Positions 29,864 to 43,777 of a stretch of 64,000 nt of DNA are shown here, piece after piece (positions within the stretch are counted from its first letter, which is position 1; each line of letters begins with the position of its first letter). The notes under the pieces were generated by a model. It saw only the letters and a list, made by a program, of their open reading frames with translations. It did no database searches and was not told where the DNA came from. The stretch comes from the human T2T-CHM13v2.0 reference genome, Homo sapiens. The position numbers and the translations under genes were made by a program. Location: the NCBI RefSeq assembly GCF_009914755.1, contig NC_060926.1. One strand, written 5' to 3'.

Positions 29864-31331
29864 TGGACTGTTTTTGCAGGCAACAATCAATTTTACTACT
29901 TGACCACACACTAAAAGTTATGCTAACAATTATTAGGCCAAATCTCAATCTCAGTCTCTCCCTTCCTCCTGCTAACCTATAGTCTTATCCACATACATAC
30001 ATGCACACTCACAGAAACATCACTACCAACAACCAGCACTACCCAAAACGCAACAAATGGATGGAGAGCTAGATAAGCTTATGCTTTCAAACTGCAAATT
30101 AATCAAGTACATAATCAGTGGTGCAGATCAGGAACAAAGTAAGACAACAATATATAAAGTACTCGAGACAGCAATTAAATTGAGACATTAAAACTCAATA
30201 AAATTTGCTTTGGTATCTTTCAAAGCAACCACCAAAATGAATCTAATTCTTCTGTTATGCACCTAGACATTTCATTTGAAGATACATGGATTTTTGCTTC
30301 TCCCTGTAGGTTCATTTCAATCTTTTAACCAGGGGGTGTAGAAGGTTAGCTTTCAATAATGTCACCATCAGTCAGAATTGTTACACCACAAGAGAAAAGC
30401 AGCAACCTACCCAGTTTCTTGGAAGCCATCTGAGACACCATCATTTCTCATCAGTCCATTTTCCCCTCTTGCAGGCATTATGCATGTCTTTGAAATTTGT
30501 CCCTGACCAGGTCAAGAATACGCTTCACAGTTTTTGTTCCTCAGCATCTGACAAACTGTCTCACATTTAAAGTTACTGGCCAATTAAGAAAAGCAGAGGG
30601 AATCAGACTCCCCCCTCCTCCAATCCCCTCCCTACAGGTGAGCTTTTATGACTGAAGCCTCACTGCGGATACACCCATTCTCTGATTATCAAAGGCAGGG
30701 AGGCCTTCTGTTACTTTCAGCCACTGGTCACTGCCAAACGTATGCAACTGGCTTTGGGGGAAAAATGCCTAAAGCTCTTTCAGATTGGTATTTAAAGAAA
30801 TCATCCATGCTTGGGTACATTTACTACTTTTTTTTTTTTTAAATGAGAGATCTTAGAATAATCTGAAAACGAGAGAGTCCAGAATCAGTAATTCCAGATT
30901 TAGGTTTAAACATGCAAAAAACACCAGAAAATGTAACATTAATTTTTGATTTCTGCCCTAGCCCATGACTACTTTCTCAAACTAAATCCCAGTCTCTAGC
31001 ATTAAAATCTGAATTGCTTTCATTTGAAAGGAAAATCTTTGGTTATCTTAAATGTATTTAAGGAATAGTTCCAAAATGCACGTTTTTATCTAACATCTTC
31101 AGATAATTAAAATGGTTTTGGGGATGGGGATTAAGCAGAGAGTTATTTAACCTCTTGAACCTTATAAAGAAATTATATAAGGTTTCAAGAAACTTGCCAT
31201 AAATCAGAGGTCTCTGTGCCTAGAATGTTGTCAATATTCAAGAAATCAGGGCACAGTGGGCCTCAAAGTGTCAGAGTCAAAGAAGGAAACAGTATTGAAT
31301 ATCAACAAGTTTTAATTTTAAAGAAAAATGT

Positions 31332-31622
31332 GGCCAGGTGCAGTGGCTCACACCTGTAATCCCAGCACTTTGGGTGGCCAAGGCAGGCAGATCACTTGAG
31401 TTCAGGAGTTTGAGACCAGCCTGGCCAACATGGTGAAACCCCATCTCTGCTAAAAATGCAAAAATTAGCCAGGTGTAGTGGGGCACACCTGTAATTCTAG
31501 CTACTTAGGAGGCTCAGGTAGGAGAATCACTTGAATCCAGGAGGGAGAGGTTGCAGTGAGCCAAGATAGCACCACTGCACTCCAGCCTAGGTAACAGGGT
31601 GAGAATCTGGAAAAAAAAAAAA
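31332..31622 (+). mobile_element. AluS, antisense within the ACVR1C pre-mRNA
   Basis: Full dimer with altered 3' end gagaatctgg followed by A12. Confidence 0.85.
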
Positions 31623-31623
31623 T

Positions 31624-31632
31624 AAAGAAGAG

Positions 31633-31702
<70 letters not shown>

Positions 31703-31872
31703 GAAGGAAGGAAGAGAGAGAGAGAGAGAAAGAAAGAAAGGAAAAGAAAAAGAAAAAGAAAGAGAAAGAGAGAAAGAAAGAAAGAGAAAGAAAGAAAGAA
31801 GGGAGGGAGGGAGGGAAGGAAGGAAGGAAGGAGATGAAGGAAGGAAGGAGACAAAGGAAGGAAGGAAGGAAG
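31624..31872 (+). repeat. Compound purine microsatellite (GAAA)n/(GA)n/(GGAA)n
   Basis: About 250 nt almost entirely A/G, including roughly 17 GAAA units. Confidence 0.95.
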
Positions 31873-32535
31873 GTGCCAGTCGTCTAGCCAATAATTTATT
31901 TTAATTTAAATTCTGGTTTTTAAAACTTTGCAGTTTGGGGGTTTTCTTACCAGTATTCTTCCTTTGAAAGATGCTACCTAATGTGTACAGTGATGGTGTA
32001 AACATTTAGTCTTCGTCAGTGGGAGGCCAGGTGATTTTGCCCCAGAAGGAGCGAACTATCTGGGTTTGATTATGCTTTTCTTTTCTGATGAATCCAAAGC
32101 AGCTTCATGCTAAATATGGATGCACATAGAGATGTTATCAGCCCTCTGTTGCCTACCTCTGTTAATTGTTACTGCCTGGATTTTCCCGAAAGCCATTGGC
32201 AAGGGAGTTCTTCAGAATGTTGGGCTACTATCTTAATGATCCTTCCAAAACAAGAAGAGATGCAGGGGCCTCTGAAGTGGCTCACCTAGGGTTACTCTTG
32301 TTCGTATTTTCATAAACCATGAGCTGGCAGGATTTCTGGATATATATATATATGGAATCCCCTACCATTTTAGGGAGTTTGTTATTCTGGGGAAAACTGT
32401 CCCCCCACTCCGCCAACCTCCTGCCAAAAGATAAAAAAATAAAAAATAAAAATAAAAATAAAAAACCTTCAAATGCTTTGTGTTGTGAGAAAGGCTCATT
32501 TAGGCTATAATACAGCCTGGTACTTTGAACGCTTT

Positions 32536-32847
<312 letters not shown>

Positions 32848-33521
32848 GGTACTTTGAACGCTTTACCTGGGGTTCTGGAGTTCCATTAAAGAGGAAGACA
32901 GTCATGTATGTAACCACAGCCAGCAAAAGCCAGCACAGGAATGCTGCACTGCTCTCTTTAATCTTCTGTTTCTTTGCTTTAAGAACATATTCTTGATTTA
33001 ATTTTAGGTGAGTTCCCTGTTAGCTTCACACACATCTCAGGGGGTGTCTATAGATTCTGAAAATCCTCATACCCACAAGCAAAAGAGCTCAAAGAACACT
33101 ACTTTGTATAACCAACATCTTTCCCTCAGAACTCAACACCTTAAATACCACAACCCTAACTCTTTTGTGTCCATAAAACATTATCAACAAAGCAACAGTG
33201 ATTGTTAGTAACCATAATGGGGGGAAGCAGGGAGGAGAGAAGGGAAATTGCTTTTTTGCTTCAGAAATAAATTCTGAAGGAAAGTGAATGTAAGAATCTG
33301 AACACCTAAAGCTACAAAAAGCAACTGAGAAGACTTAATTCTATAGGCCACGATGGTTTTTCTCTTCCTCAGGTACTAAAAGGAGTTCCTATACCAGAGC
33401 TCACCATGTATCCTTTCAAGACGGAATTCATAATATTTGGGCCCTTTTTGTTAAAAAGCTTTTATTTACTTTTAAATAAAAGTGTTTTCTTATTTTAAAA
33501 AAATGGACAATGGTAACATAC

Positions 33522-33761
33522 CAGAGCCAGATCCAGAGGCGGTCACATCATAAATCAGATCTTTCAGAGTTTTTCCAGCATTTACCAGATTGCACTCAGA
33601 GAGTGGTTCCTCCACATTTGGTCTCTTTTTCTTCCTGTAGGAGCACTGTCGACCCTGGCATGCCCATACTGTCAGCATCGCAGCTATGGACAGGAGGCAA
33701 ACAGGCACAGTAATAATGATGGCCAGCTCCATGGGTCCAAGTTTTGGGGCATTTGGTGATG
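33522..33761 (-). CDS. ACVR1C: ACVR1C exon 3 (240 bp): juxtamembrane, transmembrane helix, GS box
   Basis: Translates to (A)[34 protein letters not shown]...RKKKR...DVTASGSGS(G), matching ALK7; acceptor ctgtag|CATC, donor TCTG|gtatgt; phase 1-1. Confidence 0.98.
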
Positions 33762-34033
33762 CTACAGTTTAAAGAAGAAAGAACATGACCATAAATCAAA
33801 CCATTTTAAGTATTTTTGGAATTGGAATTGCAATCACCAAAATTTCACATCCAGAATATTCAGCTACACAGTATGCACTTATGTTCATTGGTAAAGGCTC
33901 TCTGTGGTATAAGCAAAGATGGAGAAAAAAAATGAGATTAGGCTGCAGCTAGGAATGGTTATGGCAGATGACAATAAGAAATATGATTAGGATAATGGAA
34001 ACTAGCACATGGGATCTGTTTTAGGATCTCTGA

Positions 34034-34391
<358 letters not shown>

Positions 34392-34409
34392 ACAGCAGTC
34401 CTCTTTTAA

Positions 34410-35095
34410 AGCATGTACATTCATTCTTTCATGCCAAAATAATTATTGGGCTCTTGCAATGTGTTGCTGCTATTCCAGGTACTGGAGATACAATGGTGAG
34501 GAAAGAGCCCAAATTCCTGTTCTTGAGTCATATATGTTCTCATTCATCTACTAAACAGATGTTTAACACAAAAGCAAGAAAGAATGGTGCTACAAAAAAA
34601 AAAAAAGCAGGGAAGAAAGAAGGAGTGATGGTGGGATGAAAAGGATTAAGGAAAGGACTGTGAATTTTATTCTAAAAAGTTGTTTCAGGGTTTTGGTAGG
34701 TGAGAGACACGATCTAACTTTTATTCTGAGTGGCCGCTGTGTGAATAGACACTAGAGAAGCAAGAATAAAAGTGAATAGGCCAATTAGAAACCTAATGCA
34801 AGAAGACAGTTGGGAGACCGTGGTGTTGGCTGACAACCTTACCTAAAATAGCACTTATTTCCCATTCCCTGTACACTCTCAAGACCCTTGTCCTGCTTGA
34901 TTTTAATTCCTAGCTCTGATCACCACCTGACACATCATATACTCATTTATTGATTACCCAATTCCCTCCAGAGGACATAAGCTTCGGGAGAGGAAGAAGT
35001 TTGCCTGCTTTGTTCCCAGCCATATGTCCAGTGTTTACAATGATGCCTGACACATAGTAGATGATCAGTAAATAGTTCTCAAATGACAGAATCAC
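34410..35095. mobile_element. L2 fragments in both orientations
   Basis: cattcattc...tattgggctc start and cctgacacatagtagatgatcagtaaatag end; boundaries approximate. Confidence 0.55.
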
Positions 35096-37287
35096 TAAAA
35101 GTTCTACTAGTGGTATTCCTATAAGAGACAAGACTTTTCATTTTAGAAAAATAAATGTGATCATTGAAACCAAGTAACATAAGGATATAATTAAATTTGT
35201 GATTCTAATTTTAAAAACACATGAAGCCAATTTTTTTGCTTAAACTTCATCTTGCATTTAAGAAATCTTTTTTTAATTTAGAAAAAAAGTGATACATGAA
35301 AAATCTATGATGACAGATAATTTCCTGTGTTTTTCAAAGAAGTTATTTTGACACTTGAAACTGACACATTGTTCATTTCCTTTTCGTTGACTAAAGATAG
35401 CCTCTGCATCAATCCCATTTCATCCCCTTGTCCTACTACTGTGGTGTTGATTTTTGTTTTTAATAAATCTTAGAGCATATTTGATAGACTATGGGAGCAG
35501 AGTCTCCTAGAGGAGACTTAGGTTCTCAAAACATCAAGGAGAAGGAGAGGAATCCAGGTTCTAGAGAGAGAGAAACCACTTCCACCTGTGGGCTACCATC
35601 TTCTTGCTGTGAACCTTTGGCAAACTGCCTCCCCAGATGATTCTTCACAGGACAGAGAAAGAATGGGAGACTATGCTTGGAAAGCAATAGCTTGACACCA
35701 GCACCTTAGCATCTAAACAAATTGCAATGATAACGGGCCTTGATAGTTTCGCCATTCTCCAGATGTCCTCTTTGCACTGACAATGCTAAAGAGCTTAATA
35801 TCTTAGACGTTCTTGCACTTTACCTACAATGTGTCAAAAAATACATGACTATCATTTGAAAACAAATATTATTTAATTCTGAAGGAAAAAGAATCAAATT
35901 CCTCACAAATGTGTTCATAGAAATTTCACTATAATGCCAAAGATAGTAGTTTATCTATTATCAGTAAGTAAAAGATTTAAAATTGTTAAGTGAACTTCAG
36001 AAACAATCATAATCTGTGCTGTTCTGCTACTTTGCCTGATGAATTTTAACTGATTACCAACTTTTCTTCCCCTGAGTGTTTCGGAATTCCTCTGAAATCA
36101 TTAGTAGTTATACAGGTGCATATGAGGAGAAATTGGTCTAGAGTGTTCTTAGAATAGGTACTAAAAGAATTATCTGACTTGACTTTGCTTTAGTAATCAT
36201 TAGCCATGGTACTTCCAACTTCTGAAGTTTGCTGTTATAAAATGATTTTATTGTGTATTTCACAATGATCTTTCAAACTGTCTCCATATTTTTATGTCTG
36301 CACAAAGGTATTCTAGTTTTTCTAAAAAAGCCACAGAATGCATTTAATCTCCTGCATCTTACATAAACATCTATTTAAAATGTGTTTTTAAATACACAAT
36401 TCCACTACTGAATACATTTACATGACTAAATTTTATTTTGATACGTGTTATTGGGAACCATCAATATAAACATTAGCATTAACAAGCTTATTGATCGTCA
36501 TCATTTTTGTAAAGCTCTATTAGGCAGAGCTCAGATCATCACTATAGCAACTAATAAAAAAGCAAAAGGTCAGCAACCCTAAAAATAGAATAATCTCCAT
36601 AAAAGTGCACTGCTCTAGTGATGGCTATGGCTCTCAGAGATGTTTATTATAGATGAACAATGTTTCTACTTTTGTGAACAAATTTACCGATATGAGTCAG
36701 TAAGGAAAAAAGATTACTCAGCTAGAAAAAGTCTAGCAACACCATTCAGTAAGAACTCCTTAAACACTGAGGAATTTTAAAAGCAAACATTTGTAAAACT
36801 ATGCTTTAAACCTAATGCTGATGATAATCCCTAGGGGGGATAAATGAAAAAAAAAACTGTAGTCTACATCCAGCGAATCAGGGTACAAGAAAACAATCAT
36901 GCAGCTAAGAATACGTTTCAATAATCATTAACTTTGATGAACATATTAATTTTTCTAGCAGGTTTTAAATTCTTGATCACAGGAAAGCTCTTATTATTTG
37001 ATGCTTTGCAATTTAGGGGATTTTCTGTGCCAAGTGAGATGCATTCTCCATGGAATTAGCAGCTCCATGGGGGGACACGTTAAATCCCAAAAGTGAGGTG
37101 GGAGGAGTGCTGCATTGTTAATTCAAGTGATTTCACTCCTTAGAAAATTAGATTGAAGAGGATGGGGAAAATGAGAGAAAAGCACTAACCCATAAAGGTG
37201 AGGGCCTGGCTGACGAATATTTCCCCAAATAAGCCCTACAATATGTTAAACTGAGAAAATGCAAGGGAAGGAATTATTAACAAGACA

Positions 37288-37446
37288 GCAGGAAGAAAAG
37301 GGGGAAGGGAGAGAAGGAGAGAGGGAAGGAAGGAAAGAGGAAGGAAGAAGGAAGGAAAAAGGAAAGAGAGAGAGAAGCAAGGAGGCAGGGAGGGAAGGAA
37401 GAAAAGGAGGGAGGGAGGGAGGAAACGAAGGAAGGAAGGAAGGAAA
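37288..37446 (+). repeat. GA-rich low-complexity tract (GGAA/GGAG)
   Basis: About 160 nt nearly pure purine. Confidence 0.9.
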
Positions 37447-37804
37447 TTTTAATTTATCTTTGTGAGTTTTGCAACTCTCCCTGGAGACCTGCGTGGACCT
37501 GGTGATTGTGAAAGTCACTGGTGGTTGCCACTGCCCAAGTGAAGACTTAGTTTAAATGCATCAGCTTCTCCCAGAACAGTTTACTATTCCCATTACCTCC
37601 TCACTACTTCCTATTTCTTGCTTTAAGGAGAGCCTCAAGATGAAAAGAAAAAGATAAGACAATGTAGGCATGATCCCCACATTTCCTTCTCTGCTCCTTC
37701 TTTATTGAAGGTATGAAAAAATATTGATGTTTATGAGATTTACATGACCTTCAAATTAATTAATTTACATTTCTTTAGCATATGCTATAAGAAGGAGATG
37801 GCTA

Positions 37805-38264
37805 TGTGAACCTGAGAAAGTCAATCCCTCAAGATGAATCCTGAGTGGTAAACGGGGCCTAAATTTAAAACAGAACCAAGTGGCCATTTGCTGACTAGAG
37901 GTTACGCACATACTCTGAGTTCCCAGAAAAGCCATACAACTGCTTAACTTTGAAACTTTCATAATTAACTGTTCTTGCCCATGTTACCTGAATCAACCAA
38001 TAGGCTGTGGCCTGCATCAACCAATCAGAACTCAGCTGCATCAACCAATCTGAACTAAGCAAGTTCTAATCTTTCATTTTTCATAGGAGGACCTGACTGA
38101 AAACCTAAATGGGAACTTTCTCTATAAAAGCCAGACAAACCCTGCCTTTGTTCTCTGAAATGCACCTTCAGTTTAAGCTGAGGGCTATTTCTCCCCAGTT
38201 TGCAAACTGTTTACTAGAATAAAATATCTTTCCTCTAAATTACTTCTCAGAACTTTTGCTCACA
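37805..38264 (+). mobile_element. Solo ERV LTR (ERV1-like, subfamily not assigned)
   Basis: TGT...ACA termini, three CCAAT boxes, TATAAAA at 38123-29, AATAAA at 38218-23; 460 bp. Confidence 0.75.
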
Positions 38265-39444
38265 CTTAGAAGTGGAGGTATGTACTTGATCAATTGCTTC
38301 AAATAATTCATATGGACTACTGGCATGGAAATCTTCTGGTATAATATCTACATTTCAAATTACAGACACATTCCCCACTATATTAAAATGGTAATCAGCT
38401 GACTAAAAACCAAGGCATTACAATGGAGTGACATATTAGAAACCCTCTGAGAATAGAGGGAGTGAAGAGATATGTCCTGCTGGAAAATTGTTTAGAAACA
38501 AACAAACAAAGAAAAAACAGAGACCTTCATCCAAACAAAGTCCATTCTTGTAAAACCTTTCAAGGTTAGTGCTTCCATCCCAAAAGTCACTGTCATTTTG
38601 CATTAAAACCAATCCCCCTCCTTTTATTAATAGTTTTTCCCAAGTAAAAAGATAACATTTTGCAAGGTCAATTTCATGGAGGTATAACTATTAATATCAA
38701 GTCTTCAACTGCTTTCTCACTCTACTTCACGCATAAAAAAGAAAGCATTTCTTTCTCCAGCTTGTGACTTTGAAATGTTCTCAGGTAACACACCAACCAA
38801 AAGGGAATATTGCTGGAGATGCCTTTTGATGGGTCTGTTTCTATCCTGGCACCTGGGAGAAATTCCACCACTGTCAACTGAATGACGTGATGATGTTCTG
38901 TCCATCCATCCCTATAAACCTATGACACACTCCTGTGAATTCAATTAAAGAGTCTTTATTTACTTCACAGGTTTCTGGGGGAAAATAAGTGGAAATAATA
39001 TGTACAGCTGAAATAGAAGAGAGAACACACTACCACTACAACATTCAAAGCTAGCTCGTTTATTAGTTCAATAGGAATAATTGCTTTTTGTAAAAAACAG
39101 AGTGACATGTTAAGCAATGAGAAATCTCCCAAATCATCATCATGAACCTCCCTTAACCTGCCACTTCACAGCATCCTAAAATGTGGGTACCATTATTTCC
39201 AATATTTGCTAGATGTTAATGAGAACACATTTCTAACTGGTTTCTTGATGCTTTACTAAGTTGGTTCAAAGATTAGCTCCAAATGGATTGCTTTGTATGC
39301 ATTGACTGAGAAAAACTCTCCAGAGGAAATGCCAGAAAAGCAGGGCAGAGTCCACAACCTTGTGGAATTTAAGATCTACTATGTAATATGTGACCCATCT
39401 AGAGAACAATTCCCAAGCAACTTCACAAGTGAAAATATGGAGAA

Positions 39445-39780
<336 letters not shown>

Positions 39781-39799
39781 TTAAGATTGGGTGAGGAGG

Positions 39800-42567
39800 C
39801 CCAAGACTAAACCAGGAAGAAGCTGAATCCCTGAATAGACCAATAACAAGTTGTGAAATTGAGGCAGTAATACACAGCCTACCAACCAAAAAAATAAAAT
39901 AAAATAAAATAAAATAAAATAAAATAAAATAAAATAAAATAAAATAAAAAAGCCCAGGACCAGACGTACAGAGAGGAGCTGGTACCATTCCTTCTGAAAC
40001 TATTCCAAACAATTGAAAAGGAGGGACTCCTCCCTAACTCATTTTATGAGGGCAGCATCATCCTGATACCAAAACCTGGCAGAGACACAACAAAAAAAGA
40101 AAACTTCAGGCCAATATCCCTGATGAACATCAATGCAAAAATCCTCAATAAAATACTGCTAAGCAAACCGGTAGCACATCAAAAAGTTTAACCATCACGA
40201 TCAAGTCGGCTTCATCCCTGGGATGCAAGGCTGGTTCAACATACGCAAATCAATAAATGTAATCCATCACATAAACAAAACCAATGACAAAAACCACGAT
40301 TATCTCAATAGATGCAGAAAAGGCCTTCTATAACATCCAACATCCCTTGATATTAAAAACCCTCAATAAAGTAGGTATACATGGAACATATGTTAAAATA
40401 ATAATAGCTATTTATGACAACCCCACAGCCAATATCATACTGAATGGGCAAAAGCTGAAAGCATTCCCTTTGAAAACCAGCACAAAACAAGGATGCTCTC
40501 TCTCACCAGTCTTATTGAACATAGTATTGGAAGTTCTGGCCAGGGCAATCAGGCAACAGAAGGAAATAAAGCGTATTCAAATAGGAAGAGAGGAAGTCAA
40601 ACTGTCTGTTTGCAGATAACATAATTCTATATTTAGAAAACCCCATCACCTCAGCCCAAAAACTCTTTAAGCTAATAAACAACCTCAGCAAAGTCTCAGG
40701 ATACAAAATCAATGTGCAAAAATCACAAGCATTCTTACATGCCAACAATAGACAAGCAGAGAGCCAAATTAAGAATACACTCCTATTCACAATTGCTACA
40801 GAGAGAATAAAATACCTAGGAATACAGCTAACAAGGAATGTGAAGGACCCTGAAGGAGAACTACAAACCACTGCTCAAGTAAATAAGAGAGGACACAAAC
40901 GAATGTAAAAACATTTCATGCTCATGGATAGGAAGAATCAATATCGTGAAAATGGCCATGCTGCCTAAATTAATCTACAGATTCAATGCTATTCCCATCA
41001 AACTACCATTGACATTCTTCACAGAATTAGAAAAAACTACTTTAAATTTCATATGGAACCAAAAAAGAGCCTGTATAGCCAAGACAATCCTAAGTGAAAA
41101 GAACAAAGCTGGAGACATCATGCTACCTGACTTCAAACTATACTGCAAGGCTACAGTAACCAAAACAGCATGGTACTGGTACCAAAACAGACATATAGAC
41201 CAATGGAACAGAACAGAGACATCAGAAATAACACTACACATCTACAACCATCTGATCTTTGACAAACCTGACAAAAACAAGCAATGGGGAAAAGATTCCC
41301 TATTTAATAATGGTACTGGGAGAACTGGCTAGCCATATGCAGAAAACTAAAACTGGATCCCTTCCTTACACATTATACAAAAATTAACTCAAGATGGATT
41401 AAAGGCTTAAATGTAAAACCAAAAACCATAAAAACCCTAGAGGAAAACCTAAGCAATACCATTCAGGACATAGGCATGGGCAAAGATTTCGTGATGAAAA
41501 TGCCAACAGCAATTGCCACAAAAGCCAAAATTGACAAATAGGATCTAATTAAACTAAGAGCTTCTGCACAGCAAAAGAAACTATCATCAGAGTGAACAGG
41601 TAACCTACAGAACGGAAGAAAATTTTTGCAATCTACCCATTAGACAAAGGTCCAGTATCCAGAATCTACAAGGAACTTAAACAAGTTTACAAGAAAAAAA
41701 TCCCATCAAAAAGTAGGCAAAGGATATGAACAGACACTTCTCAGAAGATGACATTTATGCAGGCAACAAGCATATGAAAAAGGCTCAACATCATTAATCA
41801 TTAGGGAAATGTAAATCAAAACCACAATGAGATACCATCTCATGCCAGTCAGAATGGTGATTATGAAGTCAAGAAACAATAGATGCTGGCGAGACTGTGG
41901 AGAAATCGGAACACTTTTACACTATTGGTAGGAATGTAAATTAGCTCAACCACTGTAGAAGACGGTGTGGCAATTCCTCAAGGATCTAGAACCAGGAATA
42001 CCATTTGACCCAGGCATCCCATTACTGGGTATATACCCAAAGGAATATAAACCATTCTACTCTAAAGACACATGCACACATATGTTTAATACAGCACTAT
42101 TTACAATAGCAAAGACATGGCACCAACCCCAATGCCCATCAATGATAGACTGGATAAAGAAAATGTTGTACATCTACACCATGGGATACTATGCAGCCAT
42201 AAGAAGGAATGAGATCATGTCCTTTGCAGGGACATGGATAAAGCTGGAGGCCATCATCCTCAGCAAACTAATACAGCAACAGAAAATCAAACACCACATA
42301 TTCTCACTTATTAAGTGGGAGTTGAACAATGAGAACACATGGACACTGGGAGGGGAACACACACACACCGGGACCTGTCAGGGGGTGGAGGGTAATGGGA
42401 GGGAGAGCATTAGGACAAATAGCCAATGCATGCGGGGCTTAAAACCTAGATAATGGGTTGATAGGTGCAGCAAAGCACCATGGCACACGTATACCTATGT
42501 AACAAACCTGCCCGTTCTGTACATGTATCCCAGAATTTAAAGTAAAATTCTTTTAAAAATAAAAAAA
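39800..42567 (+). mobile_element. 5'-truncated older primate L1 (about L1PA7-L1PA10)
   Basis: Decayed ORF2 and 3' UTR (gggagagcattaggacaaata...cggggcttaaaacctaga); degenerate 17-bp TSD aagattgggtgaggagg (39783-99) / aagagtgggggaggagg (42568-84). Confidence 0.88.
39889..39950 (+). repeat. (TAAAA)n microsatellite inside L1 ORF2
   Basis: About 11 units between accaacc and agcccagga. Confidence 0.92.
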
Positions 42568-43777
42568 AAGAGTGGGGGAGGAGGGAAATAAGAAAAAGAT
42601 TATCACGAGATATTCCATTCATGATGAATCAGTCCAACATAAAAGAATACATAACTGCACTTTGATAGGAATTTGAAGTAGAATGGGCTAAGGAGCTAAG
42701 TCACAAACATCAACTTTTTTTGTCTAGTCCTCCCGTGTGAATCTGCACTTACTGGTTGCAGGCAGACACCCCCTCCACTCTCCCATCCTTGACTCCCTTC
42801 CCTTACAATGGTCACTTCTTCGTAGTGACCATTGTAAATTTCACCAAGAATCATCCAATTACAAGTTAATTCGCTTAGATCCCTCCAACATGCTCCATTT
42901 GCCATGCAGCAAATGGCCTCCCTTTTGCAAACAGCAAACATAATTATGTCAGAGGGGTTATCTGGGATCAATATGAACCTTATATACTGAATAAGGACAG
43001 AAGATTTTCTAATCCAGAGATCAAATCAAGCCATGATAGAGGCAGAAATAACATGACAATTATTTCTCCCTTTTAACTGAATCAAACGAGCTATTGATGG
43101 GCCATTCCACTGTTTGATGCTCAGTCTATAAACGGCTATTTGCATAAACGATCTTCATCTGGCCAGGTTTCATAATTTTATAGCTGACAGGGAGTGCCAC
43201 ACACAAAAATATTTCCTGGACATGTTCTCCTTGTGTTGCTGGTTTTCTGGGAGTAGATGATGAACATCAAGAGGCTGCAAATCTTCTTTTATCCATTAGC
43301 ATTGGAATTTAAGAAGAATAACATTTTTACGCTTTAAAGAAACAAGAATCTTGGATTAAGGAATATAATCGCTGTCATAAAAAGTATAAAGAACTTTCAC
43401 TCAAGCAGAGGTAAGCTTAATAAAATGTAAGCAGAATATAAATAAGTTCCATAATCAGTTTTCTTAATTTCAGGACACATACCTAGCAGAAATGATAGTC
43501 TCTTAATCTCTGTTATCAAAACACATATTCTCAAATAATGCATGTCTGTAAATAACTTAGATAGTAATTATTCAAGAAATATTTTAGAGTTCTTTTTTTC
43601 TTAAATCAACCCTTTACATAAAAAAAGAAAGTCTTTGGAAGCAGCACCCATATCTCAATCTCTCTGTTTCCCCAGCACATAGTACAGAGCTATATTCACA
43701 GAAGACACTTAAAATACTGATGACAAGGGCAAGTTATACTTCTCTGTCCTAAAGTCTATGCTAGCTAGTGGGAATGT

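Noticed and set aside
31624-31872. GGAA repeats as EWS-FLI1-type enhancer (also 37288-37446)
   Set aside because: Runs of consecutive GGAA are short (about 4-5) and interrupted.
42753-42921. Possible 169-nt cryptic exon between the L1 and exon 3 (donor CCA|GTAAGT)
   Set aside because: The donor is good but the acceptor pyrimidine tract is weak; unsupported without RNA data, though it would break the fusion frame if used.
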